The notes under the pieces were generated by a model, which saw only the letters and a list, made by a program, of their open reading frames with translations, had not been told where the DNA came from and ran no database searches. Shown in pieces: positions 1-9,671 of a stretch of DNA of 58,720 nt (positions within the stretch are counted from its first letter, which is position 1; each line of letters starts with the position of its first letter). This DNA comes from Lachnospiraceae bacterium (GTDB lineage: Bacteria; Bacillota; Clostridia; Lachnospirales; Lachnospiraceae). The stretch is taken from assembly GCA_017455005.1 (NCBI GenBank), contig JAFTBX010000034.1, positions 1 to 58,720 on the forward strand. The letters are read 5' to 3'. The position numbers and the translations under genes were made by a program.

Positions 1-1
1 A

Positions 2-1831
2 GAATACAGCGGATTTACCGGCGGAGACGGCAAGCTGGTCATGACAGCCGGGAAGGAAGATGCGGGCAATGCTGACGCTTCGGAAGGGAGCGGAGCCGGT
101 AAGGCAGCTCTCTGGACGGACGGCCGTTACTTTACGCAGGCAGAAAATCAGCTCGCGGGCAGCGGCATCGAACTGATGCGCATGGGCGAGCCGGAGACAC
201 CGCTGATGAACGATTGGATCCTTGAGAACCTTCCTGAAGGCGGCACACTCGGATTTGACGGAAAATGCACCCCGTTCCGCGAAGGAAAGGCACTGGCGGA
301 CAAGGTCCATACCAAGGGCGTACGCTGCGTATATGAAAGAGACCTCTGCGGCGAACTGTGGGAGACAAGACCGGCACAGAAAGTTACGCCGTGCTGGATC
401 CTTGATGAGAAATACACCGGCAAGTCCGCGGCAGATAAGATCGCGGACATGAAGAACGCGATGGAAAAGGCAGGCGCGGACGCGCATATCCTGACCACGG
501 TGGACGACATTGCCTGGCTGCTGAACTTAAGAGCCGACGATGTCCCGAACAACCCGGTCTTTATGTCCTATCTGATGATCGCGCCTGATGGAGAGACCAG
601 GCTCTATACGGAAGCCGGCCACATCACGGACGAAGTGGCAGAGTACCTGAAGGATCTCGGCGTACATGTATTCCCGTATCACCAGATCTACGAAGACGTG
701 AAGGCACTGAAGGGCGACATTGCCGTACTCTTAGATAAAAAGCGCTGCAATTATACGATCGTCAGCAGCATCCCGGCGGAAGTAAGGATCATTGGCAGGA
801 TCAACCCGGAGGCGGAGGCAAAGGCCTGCAAGAACGAAGTCGAGCGCGCCAATATTCGCATCGCCCAGCACAAAGACAGCGTGGCGCTGACAAAGTTCAT
901 GCACTGGTTTATGACCGAGGGCCTGGAGCTGGCGCAGCAGGCGGAAGAGCAGGCAAAGGCTGCGGGCATAAGCGTAAAAGAATTATATGCCAATGCTGCC
1001 GCCGCTGAAGAGGACGGCGCAAAGCTGACCCGTTTCACCGAGTGGACCGTGGCCGAAAAGCTCCACAGCTTCCGTGCGGCGCAGCCGGGCTTCTTTGACG
1101 AGAGCTTCGGAACGATTTCCGCATACGGTGGCAATGCTGCCATGGCGCACTACGCGCCGACCCCGGACCCGGCACTCGACACCCCGATCGAGCCGCGCGG
1201 CCTCTATCTGGTGGACTCCGGCGGACAGTATCCGGAGGGTACGACGGATGTGACGAGGACCTGGAGCTGCGGACCGATCACAACGGAAGAACGCACCGGT
1301 TATACTCTGACCGTGATGGCAAACCTTCGTCTCGGCGATGCGAAGTTCCTTGAAGGCACCTCGGGTCTCGTACTGGATTACGCGGCACGTGAGCCGTTCT
1401 GGCGCCTGGGCATGAACTATAACCACGGAACGGGCCACGGCGTAGGCCATGTGCTGAACGTGCATGAGGCACCCGTCGGCATCCGTTACAAGGCAGCCGA
1501 CATCGAAGGCGCTTGGCCGCTTCTCGAAGGCATGTACCTTTCAGATGAGCCGGGAAGCTATGTGGCAGGCCGTTACGGAGTCCGCATTGAAAACCTGGTC
1601 CTGGTCGTACCTTATTGCACCAACGAGTACGGCCGCTTCATGAAGTTCGAAACGGTCAACTTCTGCCCGGTGGACAGGGCCTGCCTGGATGTCAGTCTGA
1701 TGGACGAGCGGGATATTCACCTGCTGAACCTCTACCATAAGAAAGTATATGATGAACTTGCGGATGATATGACACCTGAGGAGCGCGAGTGGCTTGAGGC
1801 AATGTGCGCGCCGATCGTGAGAAAGGCATAA
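2..1831 (+). CDS. Aminopeptidase P / M24B family Xaa-Pro peptidase, 5' end cut by window edge
   Basis: The frame of ORF 41..1831 stays open back to nt 2 (EYSGFTGGDGKLVMT, ALWTDGRYFTQA = conserved N-domain region), so the true start lies upstream of the window. C-terminal M24 pita-bread motifs are present: HGTGHGVGHVLNVHE, SDEPG, RIENLV. Confidence 0.88.
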   Translation, partial: EYSGFTGGDGKLVMTAGKEDAGNADASEGSGAGKAALWTDGRYFTQAENQLAGSGIELMRMGEPETPLMNDWILENLPEGGTLGFDGKCTPFREGKALADKVHTKGVRCVYERDLCGELWETRPAQKVTPCWILDEKYTGKSAADKIADMKNAMEKAGADAHILTTVDDIAWLLNLRADDVPNNPVFMSYLMIAPDGETRLYTEAGHITDEVAEYLKDLGVHVFPYHQIYEDVKALKGDIAVLLDKKRCNYTIVSSIPAEVRIIGRINPEAEAKACKNEVERANIRIAQHKDSVALTKFMHWFMTEGLELAQQAEEQAKAAGISVKELYANAAAAEEDGAKLTRFTEWTVAEKLHSFRAAQPGFFDESFGTISAYGGNAAMAHYAPTPDPALDTPIEPRGLYLVDSGGQYPEGTTDVTRTWSCGPITTEERTGYTLTVMANLRLGDAKFLEGTSGLVLDYAAREPFWRLGMNYNHGTGHGVGHVLNVHEAPVGIRYKAADIEGAWPLLEGMYLSDEPGSYVAGRYGVRIENLVLVVPYCTNEYGRFMKFETVNFCPVDRACLDVSLMDERDIHLLNLYHKKVYDELADDMTPEEREWLEAMCAPIVRKA

Positions 1832-1876
1832 TCGCAGACGATACAAACCGGGTTCGAAACTGTAATACACGGAGCT

Positions 1877-2260
1877 TTGGATATGAGATACGACACGCAA
1901 AAGCTGCGGCAGGCGCTGCAGGACGAATATATGGCGGCGATGGTCGTCGGGTTTACGGAGGACACGCCGAGCCTGACAGACCTTGAGTTTGCGACGGATG
2001 AATGGCTCGTAGAAGAAGCAAAGCGCCAGGGGTACGACATGCAGGAGTTCGAGCTCGCAGAGGACGAGGAAGGATCAACGGATGGCTCCTCCCGGGATGC
2101 TGCGGTTTCGGATGCCTTTGCTGATGCCAATGCTGCCGGCTCAGGAAGCGGTTTCGGCAGCTTTCAGATGGACCAGTTCATGATGCTCGATGATGAAGAT
2201 GACGATGCTGACGTTGACGGGTCAGGTGACGGGAAAGCTGCTCCTGCAGGAGGTATGTGA
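1877..2260 (+). CDS. Hypothetical small acidic protein (D/E-rich C-terminal half)
   Basis: 127-aa ORF in the same orientation as its neighbours. Its stop TGA (2258-2260) overlaps the next ATG (2260), which suggests translational coupling. No domain recognised. Confidence 0.5.
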   Translation: MDMRYDTQKLRQALQDEYMAAMVVGFTEDTPSLTDLEFATDEWLVEEAKRQGYDMQEFELAEDEEGSTDGSSRDAAVSDAFADANAAGSGSGFGSFQMDQFMMLDDEDDDADVDGSGDGKAAPAGGM

Positions 2261-3123
2261 TGCTGCAGATGCATGAGGTATCTGTTATCGGAGGCAGAAG
2301 AGTATACCTTACCGGCAGGCCTGGCGGCATGACTGAAGCAGATCTTGTCGGAAACAGTATCCCCGTGATCTTCTGGCCGGTATCCGAGGAACACGGTCAG
2401 AGTCTTGGCGAAGCGGCGAAGTATGTTGCGACTCGTATTAATGAATCGACCCGGGAAACGGACCGTTACGTCCTGGCTGCATTTGAAGTAAAGGACTGGA
2501 ACCTGGAGCTTGCTCCCTGGAAGGCGGAGATCCCAGAGATCGGTCAGAACTTCGGCGGAGAAGGGGAAGAAACGCTCCGGTGGATTCAGGATGCCGCGAT
2601 GCCTTGGCTGCAGAGCGAGGCGGCTACTCAGGAAGAAGAATGTGGACAACCCGAAGTAACAGTCTCAACAGAGACCGTAGAAACAGCAGATACACTCTCA
2701 ACAACTGAACATTTCACTTATTATATTGCCGGATACTCCCTCGGCGGGCTTTTCGCGCTGTGGGCACTGACAGTATCGGCAGCATTTGCAGGAGCGGCAG
2801 CGTGTTCGGCGTCGCAGTGGTTCCCGGGATGGTTGGATCACCTTGAGGAGAAGGGTCTCGCAGACATTGCGGAATGTTCCGAGAACCCGGCATCAACGGA
2901 AAAGGCGAACAGAATTGTCTACCTGAGCCTGGGAGGCAAGGAGCATAAGACACCCAATCCATTTGTGGCGACGATCCTGGACGCGACAAAGCGGTGTGAC
3001 GCTTTGCTGGAAAAGGATGCGGCGGTCAGAAAGCATGTGCTGGAAATGAACCGCGGCGGGCATTTTTCCGATCCGGACGGCAGAGTCGCGAAAGGCATTG
3101 TCTGGATTCTGAAAAACCGATAA
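2260..3123 (+). CDS. Alpha/beta-hydrolase fold esterase-like protein
   Basis: Nucleophile elbow GYSLGG within YYIAGYSLGGLFALWAL. AGGAGG at 2248-2253 lies 6 nt before ATG 2260 (the ORF track starts at GTG 2257). Confidence 0.7.
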   Translation: MLQMHEVSVIGGRRVYLTGRPGGMTEADLVGNSIPVIFWPVSEEHGQSLGEAAKYVATRINESTRETDRYVLAAFEVKDWNLELAPWKAEIPEIGQNFGGEGEETLRWIQDAAMPWLQSEAATQEEECGQPEVTVSTETVETADTLSTTEHFTYYIAGYSLGGLFALWALTVSAAFAGAAACSASQWFPGWLDHLEEKGLADIAECSENPASTEKANRIVYLSLGGKEHKTPNPFVATILDATKRCDALLEKDAAVRKHVLEMNRGGHFSDPDGRVAKGIVWILKNR

Positions 3124-3164
3124 GTGGACATAAGTACAATCTCAAAACAATTTTAAAAATACGG

Positions 3165-3194
3165 TTGACACTTCACGGATGAGTGTGCTATACT
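3165..3194 (+). promoter_or_regulatory. Sigma-A type promoter for tRNA-Thr
   Basis: TTGACA (3165-3170), 18-nt spacer, extended -10 TGcTATACT (3186-3194). Lies about 25 nt upstream of the tRNA 5' end. Confidence 0.6.
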
Positions 3195-3218
3195 CATGAA
3201 GCTTTGAGAAAAGCACAG

Positions 3219-3291
3219 GCTGATGTAGCACAGGTGGTAGTGCGTCGCATTGGTAATGCGGAGGTCACGAGTCCGAGTCTCGTCATCAGCT
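3219..3291 (+). tRNA. tRNA-Thr (anticodon GGU), no encoded CCA
   Basis: Hand-folded cloverleaf: acceptor GCTGATG/CATCAGC; D arm GCAC-AGGTGGTA-GTGC; anticodon arm TCGCA-TTGGTAA-TGCGG; variable AGGTC; T arm ACGAG-TCCGAGT-CTCGT; discriminator T. The T-loop reads TCC rather than the usual TTC. Confidence 0.85.
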
Positions 3292-3296
3292 TCACG

Positions 3297-3324
3297 AAAG
3301 CCCTTGATTCAAGGGCTTTTTTTT
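3297..3324 (+). terminator. Rho-independent terminator after tRNA-Thr
   Basis: AAAGCCCTTG-att-CAAGGGCTTT hairpin followed by a T run. Confidence 0.8.
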
Positions 3325-3444
3325 GTCTAAAAACTGAGCAACAACCCTCTTTGCATTAGCGGTTTTTAATCATCTGACAGACTTTATAAAAATTATTAAT
3401 CAACCTTCTTGAATACTTTCATCATCCGCAAGACCCGCAAACCC

Positions 3445-3472
3445 TTGTATTGTGAGGAAACCGCGTTATAAT
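3445..3472 (+). promoter_or_regulatory. Candidate sigma-A promoter upstream of the DUF1805 gene
   Basis: TTGTAT (3445-3450), 16-nt spacer, TATAAT (3467-3472). Would give a leader of about 120 nt. Confidence 0.45.
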
Positions 3473-3598
3473 GTAGAAGAGATTCAAGGAAAATGCAGGG
3501 CGTGCCGCGGCGGTTCATTGCAGTCGGAGAGCTCTGAAAGATTGAAAAATGTGACGCCGTATGGCTCACATCATGGAAAGTATCAGGAGGAAATCACA

Positions 3599-3901
3599 AT
3601 GTTAAAGGTTGATCAGATCACAGTAAACGGCATCGAAGCACTTGGCGTAACTCTTCCGGCTCCGGGCGGAGAGGGACATCCGAACATGATCGTTGTTCCC
3701 TGCAAGAAGGGCTATCTTATGTGCGGATATCTGAACATGGAAGCAGCTGAGAAGTTCGGCGACGCAGCAGTTCTTGTCGGCGGCGCAGACCTGCAGGCAG
3801 TTCTTTCCAACCCGATCAAGGGCATGACCACTGCAGCAGCTAAGCTTGGCGTAAAGGAAGGCATGACCGGCGCTGAGGCTTCCGCAGTTCTGAACAAATA
3901 A
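3599..3901 (+). CDS. DUF1805 (YunC-like) domain protein
   Basis: AGGAGG at 3586-3591, then ATG 3599. MLKVDQITVNGIEALGV...PNMIVVPCKKGYLMCGYLNMEAAEKFGDAAV is typical of the YunC/DUF1805 family. The upstream part of ORF 3452..3901 has no SD and looks non-coding. Confidence 0.75.
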   Translation: MLKVDQITVNGIEALGVTLPAPGGEGHPNMIVVPCKKGYLMCGYLNMEAAEKFGDAAVLVGGADLQAVLSNPIKGMTTAAAKLGVKEGMTGAEASAVLNK

Positions 3902-4082
3902 AAAACAGGCAGAAGAAATTATTTATGAAAGACCCGAGGGAAGTCCCAAGGGCCTTTTTTTATTGCGTTCATGCCTTTCCTGGGTTAAGATAGCACAGGG
4001 AGAAAAGTACTTGAGAATCGCACGTTCAGATTTGGCCGATCTGCAGAGAACTGACAGACCGTATTATATAAGGCAGATAACG

Positions 4083-4352
4083 ATGATCATACGCAGAGAA
4101 TATCATTTTACAGGAATCGTACAGGGCGTGGGTTTCCGCTGGAGAGCACGTCACGCCGCTGCCGGCATGGGCATCACCGGATGGGTGCACAACGAATGGG
4201 ACGGATCCGTCACGATGCAGGCGCAGGGAAGCGAGTTTCAGCTGGACCGGCTTTTGGAAGCAGTGAACGGCGGCGACTATATTGTCATCGATTCGGTCGA
4301 GGCGAAGGAACTTCCGCTCGAGGAAGATGAGTATGGATTTCATGTACGCTGA
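4083..4352 (+). CDS. acyP: Acylphosphatase
   Basis: VQGVGFRWRARHAAAGMGITGWVHNEWDGSV is the acylphosphatase signature. The internal Met at 4083 gives the family-typical ~90 aa length. Confidence 0.8.
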   Translation: MIIRREYHFTGIVQGVGFRWRARHAAAGMGITGWVHNEWDGSVTMQAQGSEFQLDRLLEAVNGGDYIVIDSVEAKELPLEEDEYGFHVR

Positions 4353-4411
4353 ATGCGTGCTTTGCCGCATAAAACTAAGAGGCAATTGAGTTTAGACACG
4401 GTTGATATAAG

Positions 4412-5023
4412 ATGCAACTATTTTTGGAAATGAACACGGAAACAGTAAACGGTCACGAACTTAAGATTGAGATCATCCGCTCCGCCAGGAAAACCATCTC
4501 CCTTGAGATGAAGCCGGGCGGCGTTCTTATCGTACGCGCGCCCCGGCGCATGTCGGAAAAGGCGGTCATGGACGTGGTCGCAAAGCACAGCCTCTGGATA
4601 TCAAGACGCCTGAAAAAACAGCAGGAGCTTGCGGAGCAGGCAGGAAAGGAAACTGCCAATGTACTCGGCCCGGAAGAACTCAAAAAACTTAAGAAAAAAG
4701 CGCGCAAGGTCTTTGCGGAGCGGGCGGCATATTTTGCCCCGCTTGTGGGTGTGGACTACCACAGCATCAGCATCCGCTTGCAGAAGTCCCGCTTCGGAAG
4801 CTGCTCCGCGAAAGGAAACCTGAATTTTAACGCGGCGCTTTTGCTGGCACCGGCAGAGACGCTCGACTATGTCGTCGTGCACGAGCTCTGCCATCGGCTG
4901 GAGATGAACCACTCGCCGCGGTTCTGGAGGGAAGTGGAGAGGGTACTCCCGGATTACCGAAGACAGAAGAAATGGCTGAAGGATAACGGCAGTCTGATCC
5001 TTGCGCGTTGCGGCGTTGTCTGA
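4412..5023 (+). CDS. YgjP-like (DUF45 / M48-related) zinc metallopeptidase
   Basis: HELCHRLEMNHSPRFW zinc motif (HExxH) with the usual YgjP layout. The start may instead be the Met at MNTETV. Confidence 0.75.
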   Translation: MQLFLEMNTETVNGHELKIEIIRSARKTISLEMKPGGVLIVRAPRRMSEKAVMDVVAKHSLWISRRLKKQQELAEQAGKETANVLGPEELKKLKKKARKVFAERAAYFAPLVGVDYHSISIRLQKSRFGSCSAKGNLNFNAALLLAPAETLDYVVVHELCHRLEMNHSPRFWREVERVLPDYRRQKKWLKDNGSLILARCGVV

Positions 5024-5074
5024 GTAAAGTGTAGTATTATTCACAATAGTGATAGCGAAACATATTGTACTGCC

Positions 5075-5103
5075 TTGCATTTATCACATTACTATGCTAA
5101 ACT
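5075..5103 (+). promoter_or_regulatory. Candidate promoter of the opp operon
   Basis: TTGCAT (5075-5080), 17-nt spacer, extended -10 TGcTAAACT (5095-5103). Implies a ~270-nt leader. Confidence 0.4.
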
Positions 5104-5378
5104 TAAAGGCAGTTTATATTTAGAAGGGTTATTGCAAATGAGAAAAGCGCTGTTATCTACAGCAGAGCATAGCAGTGATGAGCAGGCAGGGGAGATGCTG
5201 CCTTTCTTTTTGTACGTAGCTTTTCAGTGATTTTACGGGAACCGGATCGTTCAGAATGGAACTGTTCGGGTCTCTTTTCATTTGCTCTTTCTTTTAGTAT
5301 AAGGAAAGAGCGGCAGCAGCTGCCGAGGCAAATGCTGTGCCAACGGCAGTATAACACATAGTAAAGAAGAAGGTAGCA

Positions 5379-6290
5379 ATGACAAGGTATATCATCAAAC
5401 GACTGATCCTGGCGATCCTGACGGTGTTCATCATCGCCGCCATTACGTTTTTCCTGATGCATGCAGTCCCCGGCGGACCGTTCAACAGGGAGAAGGCGCT
5501 TTCCGAAGCGACCATTCAGGCGCTGAATGAGCGCTATGGCCTCGATAAGCCTCTGATTGCGCAGTTTGGACTGTATCTGAAGGGCCTTCTGCACGGAGAT
5601 TTCGGCGTTTCCTTAAAGAATGGCCGTGAGATCTCCTCGATCTTCGCCGAGTCTTTCCCGATTTCCTGCAAGCTGGGCCTGATGGCAGTCGGAGTGGCGC
5701 TGGTCGTCGGCACGGTCCTCGGATCGATCGCGGCACTGATGCGTAACAAGATGCCGGACAGGATCATCATTTTCGTTACTACGCTGCTGACCTCGATTCC
5801 GAGTTTCATCCTTGCGACCTTCCTGCTTCTGATCTTCTGTATCGAGCTCGGATGGGTGCAGGTATGGAGTGCTAATTCCAACAACTATATCCTTCCGGTC
5901 TGCGCGCTTGCAGCATACCCGATGGCTTACACTACGAGACTTGCGAAGAGCAGCATGCTGGACGCGCTCGGACAGGACTACATCCGTACCGCGCGGGCAA
6001 AGGGCGTCAACAAGTTCGTCATCATCTTTAAGCACGCGCTCAGAAACTCGCTGATCCCGGTCATCACTTATGCGGGACCGCAGATTGCTTATATCATCAC
6101 GGGTTCCATGGTCATCGAGCATGTCTTTACGATCGGCGGCATCGGCTCCAAGTTTGTCAGTGCCATCGGTAACCGTGACTATACCCTGATCATGGCGACA
6201 ACGATCTTCCTTGCAGTGCTGATGGTTGCGGCGACCCTGATCTGCGACATCGTCTACAAGCTCGTTGACCCGAGAATCAAGTTTGACTAA
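5379..6290 (+). CDS. oppB: Oligopeptide/dipeptide ABC transporter permease (OppB/DppB type)
   Basis: N-terminus MTRYIIKRLILAILTVFIIAAITFFLMHAVPGGPF and EAA-loop region YIRTARAKG are hallmarks of the family. Confidence 0.9.
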   Translation: MTRYIIKRLILAILTVFIIAAITFFLMHAVPGGPFNREKALSEATIQALNERYGLDKPLIAQFGLYLKGLLHGDFGVSLKNGREISSIFAESFPISCKLGLMAVGVALVVGTVLGSIAALMRNKMPDRIIIFVTTLLTSIPSFILATFLLLIFCIELGWVQVWSANSNNYILPVCALAAYPMAYTTRLAKSSMLDALGQDYIRTARAKGVNKFVIIFKHALRNSLIPVITYAGPQIAYIITGSMVIEHVFTIGGIGSKFVSAIGNRDYTLIMATTIFLAVLMVAATLICDIVYKLVDPRIKFD

Positions 6291-6387
6291 GGGACAGCAT
6301 TAACACCGGGAGCATTTACATAGTAAAATGTTTCGTCCGACAAGAGGACGACGAAACCCAGAGCAGCTAAAAGAGAGTATTTATCAT

Positions 6388-7467
6388 ATGGATAATCAGT
6401 ATAACCCCAACGAAGCACCTGCAAAGCACATGTTCAGCATGCAGCTGGATCCGCAGATGTTCGAAAAAGCAACAGACGAAGAAAAGCAGCAGCAGGAGGT
6501 CATGAGCGAGTCCACGACCTTCTTCCGCGACGGTATGCGACGTTTAAGGAAGAACAAGCTCTCCATGTTCGGCATCATTGTCCTGTTCGCGATCCTGATC
6601 GGCATCACGGCCGCTCCGCACATTGTGCCTTACGGCTATGAGGAGATCCTTTCTGTTGAAGGAAGACGTGACAAGGGCGCCAAGAACTTAAAGCCCTTCG
6701 AATACAGCAAGATGGAACAGCAGTACATCGCCAAGGGCGGCGAGCGCTTCCCGCATATTTTCGGCACGGACGAGCAGTGCCGTGATTACTTTATCCGAGT
6801 TATCTACGGCACCCGCGTCAGCCTGACGGTCGGCTTCTTCGCAAGTATCATCGTCCTGATCATCGGCATGCTGTACGGCAGTATTTCGGGGTATATCGGC
6901 GGAAGGGTCGATATGATCATGATGCGTATCGTGGACGTCATATACTCGCTGCCCGATATGCTGATGGTCATCCTGCTGTCGGTTGTCCTTCCTTCGCTGA
7001 TCTCGTTCCCGCCGGATTCGTTCTTCGGCAAGATGGGACCGAATATGGTGTCGCTCTTCATCGTTTTCGGCCTTCTGTACTGGGTCGGTATGGCCCGCCT
7101 GATCCGCGGCCAGATCCTTTCCATTAAGGAAAATGACTACATCCTCGCAGCACAGTCCACCGGCGCATCCGCAGGCAGGATCATCCGCAGGCATATCATT
7201 CCGAACTGTCTGTCGGTCATCATTGTCTCGACCGCGCTGCAGATCCCGTCCGCGATCTTTACGGAGAGCTACCTTTCCTTCATCGGACTGGGCGTGCAGG
7301 CGCCGATGCCTTCTTTAGGTTCCCTTGCCAATGCTGCCCGCGGCGGTATCAACACGTATCCCTTTAAGCTGGTATATCCGTCGATCATGATCTGTCTCAT
7401 CGTGCTGAGCCTCAACCTGCTCGGCGACGGCCTCAGAGACGCCTTTGATCCGAAACTGAGACGATAA
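6388..7467 (+). CDS. oppC: Oligopeptide/dipeptide ABC transporter permease (OppC/DppC type)
   Basis: BPD-transporter core (YILAAQSTGASAGRIIRRHIIPN). Start taken at the Met at 6388 (MDNQYNP), preceded by AAGAGAG. Confidence 0.88.
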   Translation: MDNQYNPNEAPAKHMFSMQLDPQMFEKATDEEKQQQEVMSESTTFFRDGMRRLRKNKLSMFGIIVLFAILIGITAAPHIVPYGYEEILSVEGRRDKGAKNLKPFEYSKMEQQYIAKGGERFPHIFGTDEQCRDYFIRVIYGTRVSLTVGFFASIIVLIIGMLYGSISGYIGGRVDMIMMRIVDVIYSLPDMLMVILLSVVLPSLISFPPDSFFGKMGPNMVSLFIVFGLLYWVGMARLIRGQILSIKENDYILAAQSTGASAGRIIRRHIIPNCLSVIIVSTALQIPSAIFTESYLSFIGLGVQAPMPSLGSLANAARGGINTYPFKLVYPSIMICLIVLSLNLLGDGLRDAFDPKLRR

Positions 7468-7480
7468 GAGGTGGCAGAGT

Positions 7481-8512
7481 ATGAAAGAGTATGAACATTT
7501 GCTGAGTGTGCAGGATCTGCACACGACATTTACAACAGATAACGGTGAGGTCCATGCGGTCAATGGCGTATCATTTGATCTGGACGAGCATAAAGTCCTC
7601 GGTATCGTCGGTGAGTCAGGCTCCGGCAAGTCGGTCACGGCTTACTCCGTCATGCAGATCCTGGCGGAAAACGGCCGGATCTCCGGCGGCAGGATCCTCT
7701 ATAAAGGTGAGGATATTTCAAAGTGGAATGAAAAGAAGATGTCCGGATTCCGCGGCAAGAACTGTTCCATCATCTTCCAGGATCCGATGACTTCACTGAA
7801 CCCGGTCTTCACCGTCGGCAATCAGCTGATGGAAGCAATCACGCTCCATACGGATAAGCGCGGCGCCGCTGCAAAAGCGCGTGCGGTCGAGATGCTGGAA
7901 CTTGTTGGCATCAACGAGCCGGAGAAACGTTTAAAGCAGTATCCGTTCGAGCTTTCCGGCGGTATGCGCCAGAGAGTCATGATCGCCATGGCACTGGCCT
8001 GCGAGCCGGACATCCTGATCGCGGACGAGCCGACGACGGCACTTGACGTGACGATCCAGGCACAGATCCTCGAGCTGATGCTTGATATCCAGAAGAAACT
8101 CGGCATGGCCATCATCATGGTCACCCATGACCTGGGCGTCATTGCCGAGATGTGCGACGAGATCATCGTCATGTACGGTGGACGTGTCTGCGAACGCGGC
8201 ACAGCGGACGAGATCTTCTACAATCCGAAACACGAATATACCAAGGGCCTGCTGCATTCGATCCCGAGTGTGAGCGGCTCTAAAGAAAAGCTCCAGCCGA
8301 TCGAAGGCACACCGATCAATATGCTGAATATGCCGAAGGGCTGCGCGTTCTGCCCGCGGTGCAAGGAAGCAATGAAGGTATGTCTGGAGATGGTACCGGA
8401 GGAGCGTATCATCAACAATGACCATACAGCAGCCTGCTGGATCAATGTCCGTGACGGGATCGCGGGCGACCCTGTCGTAAAGAAAGAAGAGGAGGTGACA
8501 TCAAATGGCTGA
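7481..8512 (+). CDS. oppD: Oligopeptide ABC transporter ATP-binding protein (OppD type)
   Basis: Walker A GESGSGKS, signature LSGGMRQR, Walker [13 protein letters not shown], and a C-terminal oligopeptide-ABC Cys motif region. Confidence 0.92.
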   Translation: MKEYEHLLSVQDLHTTFTTDNGEVHAVNGVSFDLDEHKVLGIVGESGSGKSVTAYSVMQILAENGRISGGRILYKGEDISKWNEKKMSGFRGKNCSIIFQDPMTSLNPVFTVGNQLMEAITLHTDKRGAAAKARAVEMLELVGINEPEKRLKQYPFELSGGMRQRVMIAMALACEPDILIADEPTTALDVTIQAQILELMLDIQKKLGMAIIMVTHDLGVIAEMCDEIIVMYGGRVCERGTADEIFYNPKHEYTKGLLHSIPSVSGSKEKLQPIEGTPINMLNMPKGCAFCPRCKEAMKVCLEMVPEERIINNDHTAACWINVRDGIAGDPVVKKEEEVTSNG

Positions 8513-9464
8513 ACATCTGCTGGAAGTTGAACACCTCAAACAGTATTTCCCGGTCAGGGACGGATGGTTTTCCACCAAGCCGCTGAAGGCGGTCGATGAT
8601 GTCTCCTTCAGTATTGATCCGGGCGAGACTCTCGGCCTTGTCGGAGAGTCGGGCTGTGGCAAGACGACGGTCGGACGCAGCATTCTCAGACTTTATGAGC
8701 CGACGGACGGCGTCGTCCGTTTTGACGGCGAAGAAGTGACCGCGCGCAATATCCACGCGCTCCGCAGGAAGATGCAGATGGTCTTCCAGGATCCGTATTC
8801 CTCACTCAACCCGCGTATGACGGTCGAGGACATCATCGGCGAGCCGCTGGATGTGCATCATATGTACAGCGGACGCGCGGAACGCAGAGAGCGTATTCTG
8901 GAGCTGATGAGCATTGTAGGATTAAACGCGGAGCATGCAACGCGCTACGCGCATGAGTTCTCCGGCGGTCAGCGTCAGCGTATCGGCATTGCGAGAGCGC
9001 TGGCGGTCAATCCGAAGTTCATCGTCTGTGATGAGCCGGTATCCGCTCTGGACGTTTCGATCCAGGCACAGGTCATCAACATGTTCGAGGAGCTGCAGGA
9101 AAAACTGGGCGTGGCGTATCTTTTCATCGCCCATGACCTGCTTGTTGTACGCCATATTTCCAAGAACATCGCGGTCATGTATCTCGGCCATATGGTCGAG
9201 ACTGCCGAGGCAAACGAGCTGATGGATCATCCGATCCACCCGTATACGGAGTCCCTGCTTTCCGCGGTTCCGATCCCGGATCCGAAGATCGCGCGGCAGA
9301 AGAAGAGGATCATGCTTGAGGGCAATGTACCGAGCCCGTTAAACATGCCGACCGGATGTCCGTTCCGTACGCGCTGCAACTATTCGACGGATAAATGTGC
9401 CGAAGCATGTCCGGAGCTTACGGACCGCGGCAATGGCCACAAGGTTGCATGCTGGAACCGCTGA
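8505..9464 (+). CDS. oppF: Oligopeptide ABC transporter ATP-binding protein (OppF type)
   Basis: Walker [30 protein letters not shown]. Overlaps oppD by 8 nt; GGAGGTG SD. Confidence 0.92.
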   Translation: MAEHLLEVEHLKQYFPVRDGWFSTKPLKAVDDVSFSIDPGETLGLVGESGCGKTTVGRSILRLYEPTDGVVRFDGEEVTARNIHALRRKMQMVFQDPYSSLNPRMTVEDIIGEPLDVHHMYSGRAERRERILELMSIVGLNAEHATRYAHEFSGGQRQRIGIARALAVNPKFIVCDEPVSALDVSIQAQVINMFEELQEKLGVAYLFIAHDLLVVRHISKNIAVMYLGHMVETAEANELMDHPIHPYTESLLSAVPIPDPKIARQKKRIMLEGNVPSPLNMPTGCPFRTRCNYSTDKCAEACPELTDRGNGHKVACWNR

Positions 9465-9671
9465 TTCCCGAGCCATGCAAAGCCCTGTGGATGATCCTGC
9501 CGGGATCAAAAGGGGATTGCAGGATATAAGATCACTACGCTTTATTGCATGCGGCAGATTCAGACAGAGAGACCCTCTGTGTTCCTGACGCCGCAGATAT
9601 AATAAAGAAATCCAATCTTCGGGCCAACCTATGACCCGGACAAGTATTATCAAAGGAGGAAAAGAAACACT

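Noticed and set aside
3452-3598. Upstream in-frame extensions of the DUF1805 (3452), acylphosphatase (3963), oppC (6328), GntR (to 28634) and aminotransferase (45458) ORFs
   Set aside because: Family-typical lengths and SD positions support the internal start codons. The extensions are non-conserved-looking and overlap intergenic, promoter or terminator sequence.
5138-5230. 30-codon ORF (MRKALLSTAEHSSDEQAGEMLPFFLYVAFQ) in the opp leader
   Set aside because: It has only a weak SD (GAAGGG) and no codon bias suggestive of amino-acid sensing. It cannot be distinguished from chance.
5157-5594. 145-aa minus-strand ORF spanning the opp leader and the oppB start
   Set aside because: It overlaps the well-supported oppB N-terminus and has no SD or recognisable domain.
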